Of a DNA stretch of 64,000 nucleotides, positions 20,531-32,090 are shown piece by piece. This DNA comes from an uncultured bacterium (GTDB lineage Bacteria > Verrucomicrobiota > Verrucomicrobiia > Limisphaerales > UBA8199). The stretch is taken from NCBI GenBank assembly GCA_963749495.1, contig CAVVMW010000021.1, positions 96,001-160,000 on the forward strand, given 5' to 3'. The position numbers and the translations under genes were made by a program. The notes beneath the pieces were generated by a model. That model worked only from the letters and a program-made list of their open reading frames with translations, was not told the DNA's origin and ran no database searches. Every line of letters begins with the position of its first letter. Position 1 is the first letter of the stretch.

Positions 20531-21361
20531 TCACTTGTGCAGCGTCGCGTGCTGCCGCAGCCAGACGATGTCCTGGTTTCCCGGCGTGGGATCGTGGTGG
20601 TTATGGTAGTTGAGGGAGTAGGCGATGACTGTGCGCGGGTCGCGCCAGCGATGGTATTCGACGTGCGCATCGGCAAAGGAGATGACGCCGCCTCGGTTAT
20701 GGGCGCTGCCCGGGAACAGGAGAATCACGTCCTGGTCCATATCCACACCGTAATAGGGCCAGCAGATACTCTTGGGGTTGACGTCGGTGAACAAAAAGAG
20801 GCCGGAGGTCATGGACGGGGTTATCTGAGTCTGCTTCATGAACACCTTGAAATTCGAATCGAGCCGATCATCCCACCGCGACCCGGTCCAGCCCACATAG
20901 GCATTCAAGGAGTAGCTGCGCAGCTTGGGCCAGTCTTGGCCGAAGAGGGACACGGTGGGCGGGTCGGCCGGGCAGACATAGACCGAGATGGTGTGGAGGT
21001 AATTGGCGAAGAGCGCATACTTGGGATCGAGGATATACGTCGTGTTCGTGTTGGCCTCCGGGTAAACGAAGGCGCCCTGTACCCACAGCTTGTTGTCGGT
21101 GCTGGGCGGATCGTTCTGGCCCACGGCGGGCACCAAATCGTTGTTGTCGCCCGCGTACATCGACCAGGTCGTGACGAGCTGCTTGTGGTTGTTGGTGCAC
21201 GCGATGCGTCTGGCGGCGGCCTTGGCTCGAGCCAGCGACGGCAAGAGCAGGGCGGCCAGTATGGCGATGATGGCGATCACCACCAGCAACTCGATCAAGG
21301 TGAACCCGCCGCTGCGCCAGGCGCTTGCGGCCGATCTCCGCGGTCTGACTCCCGGTCTCAT
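20531..21361 (-). CDS. Prepilin-type N-terminal cleavage/methylation domain protein (H-X9-DG type)
   Basis: [49 protein letters not shown]. Confidence 0.92.
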   Translation of the reverse strand: MRPGVRPRRSAASAWRSGGFTLIELLVVIAIIAILAALLLPSLARAKAAARRIACTNNHKQLVTTWSMYAGDNNDLVPAVGQNDPPSTDNKLWVQGAFVYPEANTNTTYILDPKYALFANYLHTISVYVCPADPPTVSLFGQDWPKLRSYSLNAYVGWTGSRWDDRLDSNFKVFMKQTQITPSMTSGLFLFTDVNPKSICWPYYGVDMDQDVILLFPGSAHNRGGVISFADAHVEYHRWRDPRTVIAYSLNYHNHHDPTPGNQDIVWLRQHATLHK

Positions 21362-21507
21362 AGAGTAATGCCCGACTGACTGCGCCTGCTTGGCCCGCGC
21401 CCCCGGCCAATGAATGCCAAGGGCTGATATGCGCGGCATCCTACCAGGAACCCGCCGCGTTGTGAAGTGTGCGTTTGGACGCACACCTGTGGCGGGCGCA
21501 TCCGGCT

Positions 21508-21606
21508 GAATTAACCGCAAAGAACGCAAAGATCGCAAAGAAACGCCTCGATTCCGGGCTCTTTGTGTTCTCTGCGTTCTTTGCGGTTAATTTCGCCACT
21601 GTCTCT
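21508..21606. repeat. 99-bp palindromic element with 9-bp-periodic arms, copy 1
   Basis: aattaaccgcaaagaacgcaaaga...tctctgcgttctttgcggttaatt; 4 mismatches to 31645-31743. Confidence 0.92.
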
Positions 21607-22885
21607 AAACCTTCCAGGGTCCGCGTTTGGGCCGGTCCAGCCATTGGTTGGCTTCTTCATCGCCGATGAACCGTTCATTGGCCGGGTCCCATTTGAGGCG
21701 GCGGTGGTTCCAATAGGCCAGGTTGCCGAGGTGGCAGACGGTCACGGAGCGGCAACCGATTTCGACATCGCAGATCGGCTTTTTGCGGGAGCGCACGCAA
21801 CTCAGGAAATCGCCCGGATGATTCGAGCTCTTGTAGAGGCGGATGGCGTTGTCGGGCAACGGCGCCTCGGCCAGTTCCCTGGGCGTGGCCTCGAATTTGC
21901 CCCGGTTGACGAGGATCTTGCCCTCGGTGCCGATGAAGAGGACCCCGCCGCTGTCGCCGTGGAGGACCTCGACGCCGTTGGCATAGAGGTAGCGCACGCC
22001 GCGGGCCGCCTTCGGATCATCGGGCGGGATGATCTCCACCGGGCCGCTCTCGTCCATGCCCAGGCCCCACTGGGCGATGTCGAAGTGATGGGCGCCCCAG
22101 TCGGTCATCATCCCTCCCGAGTACTCGCGGTAATTGCGCCAGTCCGGGAAGTGCGTATGGACTCCGCGCGGGCTGAGCACCGAGTTGTAGGGGCGCAAGG
22201 GCGCCGGGCCGAGCCATAAATCCCAATTCAACCCCGGTTCCATCGCCTCTTCGGGCAGGTCGCAGGGCCTGGAGGGGCCGCCGACGTCCACGATGACGCG
22301 CTGGACCTCGCCGATGCGCCCGTTGCGGACAAGCTCGCAGGCCTTGCGAAACTCGCTCGACGAGCGTTGCATCGAGCCGGTCTGGAAGACCCGCTCGTTC
22401 TTGCGCGCGGCCTGGACCATGGCGCGCGCCTCGTGGATGGTCAGCGAGAGCGGCTTCTCGCAATAGACGTCTTTGCCGGCATTGCAGGCGGCCACTGCAA
22501 TATACGCGTGCCAGTGGTCGGGGGCGGCAATCACGACCGCGTCGATGTCCTTGCGCGCGATCAGGTCCGGAAACTCCTTGTAAGCGGCGCAGCCTTTGTA
22601 GTCGGTGTTGCCCCGGGCGCTGTAGAACTCATCAACCCGCTTGCGATGGTGCTCGCGCCGCGTCGTGTCCACGTCGCACACCGCCAGCACCTGGGTGTTG
22701 GGATGGGTCAGGAAATTGTCCAGCAGGCCGCCGCCCTGCGTGCCGGTGCCGATGAAACCCAGGGTGATGCGCTCGCTGGGGCCTTTTTCCCCGGCCGCGC
22801 GGGCCGAGCAGAGCAGCAGCGGAGCGGCGCACGCGGCGGCTGTGGTGGTCTGGAGAAACTGGCGTCGATTCAATTGTCGTTGCAT
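21605..22885 (-). CDS. Gfo/Idh/MocA oxidoreductase with Tat signal
   Basis: LNRRQFL, GFIGTGTQG, APDHWH, YCEKP, DWGAHHFD. Confidence 0.93.
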   Translation of the reverse strand: MQRQLNRRQFLQTTTAAACAAPLLLCSARAAGEKGPSERITLGFIGTGTQGGGLLDNFLTHPNTQVLAVCDVDTTRREHHRKRVDEFYSARGNTDYKGCAAYKEFPDLIARKDIDAVVIAAPDHWHAYIAVAACNAGKDVYCEKPLSLTIHEARAMVQAARKNERVFQTGSMQRSSSEFRKACELVRNGRIGEVQRVIVDVGGPSRPCDLPEEAMEPGLNWDLWLGPAPLRPYNSVLSPRGVHTHFPDWRNYREYSGGMMTDWGAHHFDIAQWGLGMDESGPVEIIPPDDPKAARGVRYLYANGVEVLHGDSGGVLFIGTEGKILVNRGKFEATPRELAEAPLPDNAIRLYKSSNHPGDFLSCVRSRKKPICDVEIGCRSVTVCHLGNLAYWNHRRLKWDPANERFIGDEEANQWLDRPKRGPWKV

Positions 22886-22962
22886 GGTTGGAAACGGTTT
22901 GTTGTTTCTGCCAGGAGGGCATAGCAGCACAATCCTTCAAAGGCAATCGAAATCCGGCTCGC

Positions 22963-23043
22963 GGCAGAATCATGGGTGGGAAAAGGCAGAATCATTTTTG
23001 GCAAAATCATTGGAATGAGGATTTTGCCAATAGTGATTTTGCC
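22963..23043. repeat. Imperfect palindrome of GGCAGAATCAT/GGCAAAATCAT versus GATTTTGCC units
   Basis: Three forward and two reverse units; related to GGCAGAAAAAT at 7136 and 50856. Confidence 0.6.
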
Positions 23044-23110
23044 TCCCTTCGCGGGTCGTCCATGATCTTGACGGCCTCACGATTTTTCCTATGATGGCCG
23101 CGTGATCACG

Positions 23111-24091
23111 ATGACGAATCAGCGGCTCCCTGGGCCGGGGCCTGCAACTGTCGGCCTGGCCCTCGTTCTTTGCGCGGTTTTGCCCCTTGCGGCCCGCGCG
23201 GCTGCGCTCAGCCTGCGGACGGGCGAAGAACCCGCCACCTGGAGCGTGGTCTATGGGCAGCAGAAGGTATTCGCGTATTCCTTCGCTCCAAAGAAATTCA
23301 AGCCGTATGTGATGGAACTGGCCCCGCTTGGCGGCGAGAATATCCTGCGCGACGCGCCTTTCGATCACCTGCACCACCATGCCTTGATGTACGGCATCCG
23401 GGTCAATGGCATCAACTTCTGGGAGGAAGTCTCCGGCAACGGCGTGCAAAAGGTCATCCGCTTCTCGACGCCGATCCTGACCGAGACGGGCGCCGGCGGG
23501 CGCCCGGAGGCCAGGTTCGAGCAGGTCCTGCACTGGGTCGCCCCGCAGGATGCCTTCCTGCCCGATACCGCCCCGGTCGCCCTCCTGGTCGAGCGCCGCA
23601 CACTCGTGCTAACCCTGGACCCCGCTCAAAACGAAGTCGCCCTCGAATGGAAATCGAAGTTCGAGGTCGGCGGCAAGACCAACACAGTCATTCTGAGCGG
23701 CGCCAATTATCACGGGCTGGGCATGCGGTTTCGGCAGGACCTGGACCGCCTGGCATCACACTCGCTGGCCGGCGCCCGGCCCGACCTGGCCAACAACCGC
23801 CAGGACGTTTCCCCCGCCCCATGGGCGGCGGTCTCCTTCGATGCCCCGGGCCACCCGGCCACCATCGCGCTGGCTGGCCATCCCGCCAACCTGCGCAGCG
23901 AGGCCCCGTTCTTCTCCATGCTCACCCCCTTTGCCTATCTCTCCGCCACGCAGGGGCTGGACAAGGAACCGCTGGTCTATCACCAGGGCGACCGGTTCGA
24001 GCTGAACTACCTGGTCCTCCTCTACCCGGAGGCCAAGCCCTCCGATACGCTGCGCCGGCGCGTGGAAGCCTGGCGGCAAACCAAACCGTGA
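23111..24091 (+). CDS. Secreted DUF6807/PmoA-like family protein
   Basis: KPYVMEL..LGG, DAPFDHLHHHALMY, VNGINFWEE, YHGLGMRF. Confidence 0.72.
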   Translation: MTNQRLPGPGPATVGLALVLCAVLPLAARAAALSLRTGEEPATWSVVYGQQKVFAYSFAPKKFKPYVMELAPLGGENILRDAPFDHLHHHALMYGIRVNGINFWEEVSGNGVQKVIRFSTPILTETGAGGRPEARFEQVLHWVAPQDAFLPDTAPVALLVERRTLVLTLDPAQNEVALEWKSKFEVGGKTNTVILSGANYHGLGMRFRQDLDRLASHSLAGARPDLANNRQDVSPAPWAAVSFDAPGHPATIALAGHPANLRSEAPFFSMLTPFAYLSATQGLDKEPLVYHQGDRFELNYLVLLYPEAKPSDTLRRRVEAWRQTKP

Positions 24092-24109
24092 ATCAACCTG
24101 ACTACCTGT

Positions 24110-24953
24110 ATGGGCAAAATTGGCTTAGGCGTTAACCTCGAATACATCCGCCACCACGACAAACCCTTCGAATGGGGCGTCGAGAAGGCCGCCGAACTCG
24201 GCTATGAATACGTCGAACCCATGGTGCATTGGGGACGCGAACTGCTGAGCGAGGCCGGTTATTTTCACAGCGTCTCGATGCTCGACGACCCGTTGCGCAT
24301 CCAGCGCGCCTGCCAGAAGGCCGGCGTCAAACTCTCGGGCCTCTCGGCCCACACGCCCCTGTGCAAGCCGGAGATTGGGGTCGAGTACCCTCAAGCAGGC
24401 CGTCCGCTTCGCCGCCGAGTGCGGCGCGCCGATCATCAATACCGACGAAGGCCCCAAGCCGGCCTGGAGCACCGAGGCCGAGGATTTCACCCTCATGCGC
24501 TACACCCTGATGGAGGCATCGAAGGTCGCGGAACCCCGCAACATCCTCATCGGCATCGAACCCCACCAGCAGTACAGCAAACACCCCGACGGCCTGGACC
24601 GCATCTACAACCTCGTCAAGAGCCCCGCTATCGGCATCAACTTCGACACCGGCAACAGCTATCTTTGCGGCCACGACCCTTACGCATGGCTCGAACGCGT
24701 CCTCGACCGCCTCGTCCACCTCCATGCCAAGGACATCTCTGTCCAGCAATCCTCCGCCCAACGCGGCAAGGTCACCGGCACCGCCGTCGGCTGCGCCTGC
24801 GGCGACGGCGTCATCGATTGGGCGCGCGTCATCGGCATCTGCCGCAAGGCCACGCGCGACATCGTCTTCTCCGTCGAGTGCGGCACCGTCGAGCAGGCCC
24901 AACGCTCTGTGGCGCATCTCAAACCCCTGCTCGCCGCAAAGCGCAAGGGGTAG
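24110..24953 (+). CDS. Sugar phosphate isomerase/epimerase, xylose-isomerase-like TIM barrel (apparent frameshift near 24388)
   Basis: LGYEYVE in ORF 24110; IGIEPH, INFDTGN, HLHAKD, GDGVIDW, SVEC in ORF 24375..24953. Confidence 0.88.
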
Positions 24954-25004
24954 TGGGAGTTTCACCGGTACTGCCTCACTGAGGGCGGGGGCGACACGGC
25001 GGGC

Positions 25005-25154
25005 AGACCCCTCACCCCGACCCTCTCCCCTTCCGAAGGGGAGAGGGCGAAACGTCGGCAGTCTCTGGGAATTTCAGGCGTCTCCCTTTTCTCAAGCCGC
25101 TGCCGACAATTCCCCCTCTCCCCTTCGCAAGGGGAGAGGGCTGGGGTGAGGGGT
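25005..25154. repeat. CCCTCACCCC/CTCTCCCC-hairpin MITE-like element, copy 1
   Basis: Inverted arms, each with a ctctccccttcNNaaggggagag hairpin; copies at 27073 and 38611. Confidence 0.9.
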
Positions 25155-25189
25155 TCGCCGGGGACTCCGTTTCCGCCTTCACCGACCGA

Positions 25190-26860
25190 TTACGTTTCAC
25201 CGGTTCTGCCTGCCCTCGCCCGTGGCCGGCGCGGCAGCCGGCCCAGCTTCGCCAAAAACGGCTTGGGGTCCTTCTCGAACCTGGCCTTGCAGTCGTCGCA
25301 GCAGAAGGCCACCACGCGGCCTTCAAAGACCACCGTTTTGGCCGGGTCAATTGGCTTGCCGGAGACCGGGCATCGAGCATTGAGGGGCGTGGCGTTGGTG
25401 GCGGGCGCAGAGGGAGCGGCCCCGAGGTCCACCAGCATCTCCTGGTCTTTGATCTTGGCCTTGATCTGCTCGATTTCATCGCGCCAGCGCTGGATTTGGT
25501 CCTTGTCGGTGCGATTGGCGGCGAAGGCCTTGGCGGCGGCGGGCGTGACGCGGCTCTGCCAGAGAAAGAGGCGCTTGAGCCTGGGCAGCTTCTGCAACGG
25601 CTGGAGGCCTGAATCCGTCACCGCCGTGCCGTAGAGGTCGAGGGACTCGAGGTTTTCCAGGTGGGCCAGGTGCTCCAGGCCGGCATCGGTGACTGCCGTC
25701 TGCTCCAGGTGCAGGCGAACCAGGTTGGGCATCGCCTCGACCTGGCCCAGGCCCGAATCCGTCACCTTGGTGCCGGCCAAGTCCAGCCAGCGGAGGTTGG
25801 CGGCCAAGGGCGCGAGCCGGGCCAGTTGGGCATCGCCAAAGCTGCCGTGCGCAATCGCCGCGTTGCACTGCAGCCAGGGTTCCGGGGGCGCAATGGGGCC
25901 GAGCGCCACGCCCAGTTCCTCGCTGAGCTGGGCGGCCAGCGGGGCGACTGCCTCCAAGGGCTTGGGCGGGACCGCCTTGGCCACGGGCGGCGGGGCGCCG
26001 CAACGGGCCGCCAGGAGGCGCGCGATGTCGGCAGGTGGTTTGAGTGAGCCGGCGGTTTTGCCTGCGGGCGCGCCGGCAGCGACCCACCACTGGAGCAGCG
26101 CCACATCCTCTGGTCCCGGTTGCGGCTTGCCCTCCGGCGGCATGTGGTCGTCCTCGCCCAGCGGGAGCCCCAGCCGGCGCAGCAACTCGCTCTGGGCCGG
26201 CTTGCCCGGAACGATCGCCGGCCCCGCCTTTCCGCCCTGGAGCGCTGCAGCCAGCGAATCCAGCCTCAACCCGCCCTTGGCCTTGTCCGGGCCATGGCAG
26301 CCCACACAATCCTTTTGCAGCACAGGTTGGACGACATCGGCGAAGGCATCGAGGCTGGTCCAGTCGCGGGGACGATTCTCACGGTGCCCGGGCGGGGGCG
26401 GTGTCCGCGCGCCCAGCAGCGCGCGCACAGGCCCCGGCGCGTAACGGACCAGGTAATCGCTGCCGTGCGTGAGCGAGCCGCCAAAATGGCTCGCCACCAC
26501 CAGGACGGGGAGGGTCAAGGCCAGGCAGCAGAGGTAGGCCCGGTGCCAGGCGAGCCGGTAGAGCAGCCCCGCCATCAGGCAAGCAGCCGCAGTGCCGATG
26601 CCGGCCCACTTGTGCCACCAGAGCAATTGGCGCTCATAGCCCCCGCCCAGCGAGAGCAGCCAGCCGCAAAGGGCGGTGCCGGCGGCCAGCGGCGCGGCCA
26701 AGGCCAGGATGATGCCCACGCTGCGGTTGGCATGGCTGAACCGGGTGACCCGTGCCAGCAATTCGAGCGCCGCGACCAGCACGATGAGCCCGATGGGCAA
26801 ATGGACCAACAGCGGGTGCAGCCGGCCGAAGAACAGAATGAGGTCGGGCGGGCCGTTCAT
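25190..26860 (-). CDS. Membrane protein: DUF2231-like TM domain, planctomycete-type cytochrome c, LRR and C-terminal YHS-like domain
   Basis: GRLHPLLVHLPIG; CVGCH...MPP; LDLAGTKVTDSGL repeats; CPVSGKP...AFCCDDCKARF. Confidence 0.85.
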   Translation of the reverse strand: MNGPPDLILFFGRLHPLLVHLPIGLIVLVAALELLARVTRFSHANRSVGIILALAAPLAAGTALCGWLLSLGGGYERQLLWWHKWAGIGTAAACLMAGLLYRLAWHRAYLCCLALTLPVLVVASHFGGSLTHGSDYLVRYAPGPVRALLGARTPPPPGHRENRPRDWTSLDAFADVVQPVLQKDCVGCHGPDKAKGGLRLDSLAAALQGGKAGPAIVPGKPAQSELLRRLGLPLGEDDHMPPEGKPQPGPEDVALLQWWVAAGAPAGKTAGSLKPPADIARLLAARCGAPPPVAKAVPPKPLEAVAPLAAQLSEELGVALGPIAPPEPWLQCNAAIAHGSFGDAQLARLAPLAANLRWLDLAGTKVTDSGLGQVEAMPNLVRLHLEQTAVTDAGLEHLAHLENLESLDLYGTAVTDSGLQPLQKLPRLKRLFLWQSRVTPAAAKAFAANRTDKDQIQRWRDEIEQIKAKIKDQEMLVDLGAAPSAPATNATPLNARCPVSGKPIDPAKTVVFEGRVVAFCCDDCKARFEKDPKPFLAKLGRLPRRPRARAGRTGET

Positions 26861-26927
26861 GCGGCTTGGGGCAGTTGAGGTTCTTCAGGCTGCGGACAGA
26901 TTCGGGATCGGAAACCGCGCATCCGGC

Positions 26928-27032
26928 ATTGCAAATTGAAAATTGCAAATTGCAAATTGCAAATTGCCGCCGCGCTTCTCGGGCCGGTCGGTTCAATTTG
27001 CAATTTGCAATTTACAATTCTCAATTTTCAAT
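26928..27032. repeat. AT-rich palindrome of 7-bp tandem units (TTGCAAA / TTTGCAA)
   Basis: ttgcaaattgaaaattgcaaattgcaaattgcaaatt...aatttgcaatttgcaatttacaattctcaattttcaa. Confidence 0.88.
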
Positions 27033-27072
27033 CCTCGTAAGGCCTCAGTGGAGGTGGGAGTGTCACGGGGAT

Positions 27073-27220
27073 AGACCCCTCACCCCGGCCCTCTCCCCTT
27101 CGGAAGGGGAGAGGGGAATCCTCGGTCGCGGCATGAGGGAGCGGACGCGCCCGGAAGTCCCAAAGACCGCCGACGTTTCTCCCTCTCCTCTGGAAGGGGA
27201 GAGGGCAGGGGTGAGGGGTC
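27073..27220. repeat. CCCTCACCCC MITE-like element, copy 2
   Basis: Same architecture as 25005 and 38611. Confidence 0.9.
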
Positions 27221-27264
27221 CCCCCTGCGGAACCCTGTCCCCGCCTTCAGTGACCAGTTATGGT

Positions 27265-28746
27265 TCACGCCATGATTCCCTTCACCGGGATGGCCGCCGC
27301 CTCCGTGCCGACGAGCTTTTGGTCCAACCCTTGGAAGTTGTAGGTCAGGCGATTGTGATCGATGCCCATGAGGCGAAGAATCGTGGCGTTGAGATCGCGG
27401 ATGTGGACCGGGTCGCGAACGATATTGTAGCTGAAATCGTCCGTCTCGCCATAGACGGTCCCGCCCTTGATACCCGCTCCGGCCATCCACATGGTGTAGC
27501 AGCGCGGATGATGATCGCGTCCGTAGTTGTCGCGGCGGAGCTCGCCCTGGCAATAGACTGTGCGGCCGAATTCACCGCCCCAAACGACCAGGGTGTCCTC
27601 GAGGAGGCCGCGCTGCTTGAGGTCCAGGAGCAGGCCCTGGCAGGCCTGGTCAACGTCGCGGCACTGGAGCGGGAGGTCTCGAGGCAGGTCGGTGTGGTGG
27701 TCCCACTCGCGGTGAAGGATCTGGACGACGCGCACGCCGCGCTCGACCAGCCGCCGCGCCAGCAGGGCGCTGGCGGCGAACGTGCCGGGCTGCGTCACCT
27801 CGGGGCCGTAAAGGTCGAGCACGCACTTGGGTTCGCCGGAGATGTCGGTCAACTCCGGGATCGAGGTCTGCATGCGAAAGGCCATTTCATATTGTGCAAT
27901 GCGGGTCTGGATCTCGGGGTCGCCGCTTCGCCCGAAGGTGGCCTGGTTGAGTTTGGCCAGGCCGTCGAGCATCGAGCGCCGGGCCGTGGCGTCCATTCCG
28001 GGCGGGTTGTTCAGGTAAAGGACCGGGTCACCCGCCGGGCGCAAGGCCACGCCCTGGTGGCGCGAGGGCAGGAAGCCGGCGCCCCAAAGCCGCTGGTAGA
28101 GGGCCTGCGCGTCCCGTTTGGCCGACCAGCGGGGCGTCATCACCACGAACGCCGGCAGGTCATCGGCGTCGCTGCCCAGCCCGTAAGAGAGCCAGGCGCC
28201 CAGGCTCGGCTTGCCGGGCACCTGGTTGCCGGTGAGGATATAGGTCGAGGCCGGGTCATGGTTGATCGCCTCGGTATAAACGGTCCGCATGACCGCCAGG
28301 TCGTCCACCACCTGCGCGGTGTGCGGCAGCAACTCGCTCACCAGGGTGCCGCATTGGCCGCGCGGGGCGAAACGATAAATCGTCGGCGCTATCGGGAAGC
28401 GTTTCTGACCCGAGGTCATCGTCGTCAGCCGCTGGCCGTTCCGAATCGAATCGGGCAGGTCCGAGTCGTAGAGGTCGGCCAGCCTGGGTTTGTAGTCCCA
28501 CAGATCGATTTGGGAGGGCGCGCCGTTCATGAAAAGGTAAATCAGGCGGCGCGCCTTGGGCGCGAAATGCGGCAGGCCCGGCAGCCCGGCGTGCGCCCGG
28601 CCCCGCGTCTGCGCCTGCGCCCGCATGCCTCCAAAGAGGTCCGGAAATGCCAGCGACAGGAAGGCAATCCGCCCCGCCGCCAGGCCGGTGCTCTTGAAAA
28701 AGGCCCGCCGCGTTTGATGCCCAAGAAAGTCAAAGATCGGTTGCAC
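27265..28746 (-). CDS. DUF1501 domain protein (Tat signal)
   Basis: [57 protein letters not shown]. Confidence 0.93.
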   Translation of the reverse strand: MQPIFDFLGHQTRRAFFKSTGLAAGRIAFLSLAFPDLFGGMRAQAQTRGRAHAGLPGLPHFAPKARRLIYLFMNGAPSQIDLWDYKPRLADLYDSDLPDSIRNGQRLTTMTSGQKRFPIAPTIYRFAPRGQCGTLVSELLPHTAQVVDDLAVMRTVYTEAINHDPASTYILTGNQVPGKPSLGAWLSYGLGSDADDLPAFVVMTPRWSAKRDAQALYQRLWGAGFLPSRHQGVALRPAGDPVLYLNNPPGMDATARRSMLDGLAKLNQATFGRSGDPEIQTRIAQYEMAFRMQTSIPELTDISGEPKCVLDLYGPEVTQPGTFAASALLARRLVERGVRVVQILHREWDHHTDLPRDLPLQCRDVDQACQGLLLDLKQRGLLEDTLVVWGGEFGRTVYCQGELRRDNYGRDHHPRCYTMWMAGAGIKGGTVYGETDDFSYNIVRDPVHIRDLNATILRLMGIDHNRLTYNFQGLDQKLVGTEAAAIPVKGIMA

Positions 28747-28747
28747 A

Positions 28748-31604
28748 TCAGTTCTTGGTCACCACTTCATCCAGGTTGAGGAGCATGTTGCCCACGATGG
28801 CATAGGCGGCCAGCTCGGGCGGGGGCACGCCGGCGGGGACGGGCGATTCGCCGACGGCGATGACCTTGAGCGCGGCCTGGGTATCGGCGGTGTAGCGGGC
28901 GCGCTCGGCTGAGAGGGTCTCCAGGAGCACGGCGGCCTCCGGGGCGCTGGGAGCGCGGGCGGTGGCCAGCTTGAAACCGTAGGCCAGCCGGCTGGCGTCG
29001 TTGGTCCCGCCCTCGCGCCACATGCGGTAGCCGAGGTGCCGGGCGGCCTCGAAATACTGCGGGTCGTTCATCATCAACAGCGCCTGGAGCGGGGTGTCGG
29101 TGCGCTCGCGCCGCGCGCGGCATTGCTCGCGCGAGGGGGCGTCCAAGGTGGTCATTTCGGGCGGAGGCGCGGTGCGTTTCCAGAAGACATAGAGGCTGCG
29201 GCGATAGAGGGCGTCGCCATGGTCCTGCGTGTATTTGGCGGTATTGCTGGTCGTGTAGCCGACGGCTTCCCAGATGCCCGGCGGTTGATAGGGCCGGACG
29301 CCGTGTCCGCCCATCTGAAGATTGATCAGGCCGCCGATGCTCAGCGCACAATCGCGCAGTTCCTCCGCATCCAGCCGGTAGCGCGGACCCCGCGCCAGGA
29401 AGCGGTTTTCGGGGTCCAACGCACAGAGCGCGGGCGTGACCATCGAGTCCTGCCGATAGGCCGCCGAGGTGAAGAACAACCGGACCAGTTGCTTCACATC
29501 CCAGCCGGAGCGGATGAACTCGGTCGCCAGCCAATCCACCAATTCAGGGTGCGACGGATACTCCCCTTTGGCGCCAAAGTCCTCCGAGGTCTTGACCAGG
29601 CCGACCCCGAAGAACTGCTGCCAAAAACGGTTCACGGTCACGCGCGCGGTGAGGGGATGGTGAGGGTCCACCAGCCATCGCGCCAGCGTCAGGCGATTGG
29701 CCGCCTCGCTCTGCGGCAGCGGCGGCAGGATCGAGGGCACCCCGGGCCAGACCTGCTCGCCATGCTTGTCGTATTGCCCCCGGATGCGCACCCAGGCCGG
29801 GCGCGGCTTTTCCAATTCCTTCGAGATCATCGTTGCCGGGAACTCTAGGGCCTCCCGTTTCTCTTTCAGCGATTTCATCTGCGCGCGCAGCGGCGCCATC
29901 GGAGACTTGGGGTCCTCATAGACCGAAGCGAGGTAATAATCCCGCAGTTTGCGGCGCTCCACATCGTCAACCTTGGCGGGGTCCTTCTTGAGGAGTTCCT
30001 TGATTTCCGGCGGGCTCGAGGACTGCTCGCGCAGCTCGCGCTGCTGCTTTTCCCAGGCCGCCAGCGAAACGTCCGGGTCCTGCGCCGGGTCATCCACCGA
30101 GACCACGCCGGTTTTGTCCCAATAAGCCCGCCCGTCGAACTGCGTGAAGGCCATGCCGGTAATCTTCGTGCCGGGCCGCAAACCGAGCCTGGCCGCCTCG
30201 ATCTCAAGCCGCACCCACTTGCCCGGCTCTGGCAGCGCCCCGATTTGCACCTTCTCGGTCGTCCCTTTGGACCCATAAGGGATGGCATCGGCATCACCCC
30301 AGTTCGCCCGGTTGCGCCAGTCGTCAGTGTGATATTGCAGCATAATCGCTCGAGGCGGGTCTTTGGGGTCTAAATAGACGTAGGCAAAAAGCTTGGCGCC
30401 TTGCCGGATGGCCAGGGGCCTGGCGGATTTCGAGAAGAAGACCTGGTGCAAGCCGTGCCCGGCGCGCAAGATGGCCCGTTCGCCGCTCAAGACCGGGCCC
30501 TCCGCCTTGGTGACCCACTTGTTCGGCTCGTTGCCGTCGTTGACGCCGACGTTGGCCTCGGGTGGGAAATCGTCGTCGATCCAGGCGATTTCTCCCGGCT
30601 TCGGGGCATTGGTCAGGGTCGCGGGGTCCACATAAGCAAACTCGGCGGCCGCCTTGTGGAGGGTCTTCTCCACCTCGCCCGCGCGGGCGGCCAGTGCTTC
30701 GGACTGCTCCTGTTGCTCGGGTGAGGGCAGGGGCATCGAGGGCGGGGGCAGCAGCGCATTGCCGTCCATCGCGTTCTCGGCGATGTTGTTGAAGAAGGCG
30801 AACATCTGGTAAAACTCTTTCTGGGTAATCGGATCCAGCTTGTGGTCGTGGCAGGCGGCGCAGCCCATGGTCAACCCGAGCCACGCGGTCGAAACGGCCT
30901 CGACGCGGTCCACCCCGTAGCGGACCTGGAACTCCTCATCGATGGCCCCGCCTTCGCTGGTCGAGACATTGCAGCGGTTGTAGCCTGAGGCGATAAGCTG
31001 CTCGCGCGGGGGGTTGGGGAGCAGGTCGCCGGCTAATTGCCATATCGTAAACTGGTCGTACGGGAGGTTCCGGTTGAAGGCGCCGACCACCCAGTCGCGG
31101 TAGGGCCACAGAGACCGCTCGTTGTCCAAGTGCAGGCCATGGGTGTCGCCGTAGCGGGCCACGTCCAGCCAGTAGCGGGCCATCTGCTCGCCATAGCGCG
31201 GCGATTCCAGCAGCCGATCCACCAGCCGCTCATAGGCCTGCGGCTGCCGGTCGGCCAGGTATGCCTCCACCTCTTGCGGCGTGGGCGGCAGGCCCGTCAA
31301 ATCCAGTGTGACCCGCCGAACCAGGGCCTCCGCCGGGGCCTCCGGCATCGGCTCGAAGCTGCCTGGCGTCCAGTGCGGCCGCGATGAAACGGTCCACCGC
31401 GTTGCGCACCCACGCGCTGTGCTTGACCACGGGCAACTCGGGCCGCACGGGCGGCCCGAAGGACCAGTGCTTCTGGTGCTGGTTGAACTGCACCGGCCGT
31501 TCGGCGGCGCTGGCCGCAACAATGGCCGTGGCTCCCAATGCCGCCAGGGCGGCCCGCAGCCCCAGGACAAAGCTGCTCTCGGCGCTGGATATGGTTCGAT
31601 TCAC
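28748..31604 (-). CDS. DUF1549/DUF1553 (PSD1) protein (apparent frameshift near 31370)
   Basis: [64 protein letters not shown]-terminus in ORF 31230..31604. Confidence 0.9.
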
Positions 31605-31644
31605 GTTTCCGGTCGTGCTGCCTCAAGAATTAGAGGCGCTTGCG

Positions 31645-31743
31645 GAATTAACCGCAAAGAACGCAAAGATCGCAGAGAAACGCCCGGATTCCGGGCTCTT
31701 TGTGCTCTCTGCGTTCTTTGCGGTTAATTTCGCCACTGTCTCT
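31645..31743. repeat. 99-bp palindromic element, copy 2
   Basis: Near-identical to 21508-21606. Confidence 0.92.
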
Positions 31744-31903
31744 TAGTACCGCGTGCCCTCGGCATGGCACTCCCACGGCCAAACCCGCGGTCAATCAAGA
31801 TAGCCCAAGCCCGCCTTTCGGCAAGTCGGTGAAGAGCGCCGAGGGAGGCGCCTCCAGGGCCATTGACAAAGCCGCTCGGCGCGCCCGTGCGCCAGAGCTT
31901 TCA

Positions 31904-32018
31904 GCGTAGCGCAGGTTTCCAAACCCGCGGGCCGTCCGCAAATCGGCGGCCCTCGATATGCCGACGCCCTGCCGATTGGAAATCGGCGATACGGCAGGTT
32001 TGGAAACCTGCGCTACGC
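31904..32018. repeat. GTAG-type REP-like palindrome
   Basis: gcgtagcgcaggtttccaaacc ... ggtttggaaacctgcgctacgc with inner gccgattggaaatcggc hairpin. Confidence 0.85.
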
Positions 32019-32090
32019 CATCCCGAAGGGATTATCCTTGGTTCTTTACAAGCCTGGTTCCTTTGCGTTAACCCAGTGGGACAATAAACT

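Noticed and set aside
23111..24091. Methane monooxygenase subunit PmoA
   Set aside because: Soluble secreted protein with no pmoB or pmoC nearby; the family name is not evidence of methanotrophy
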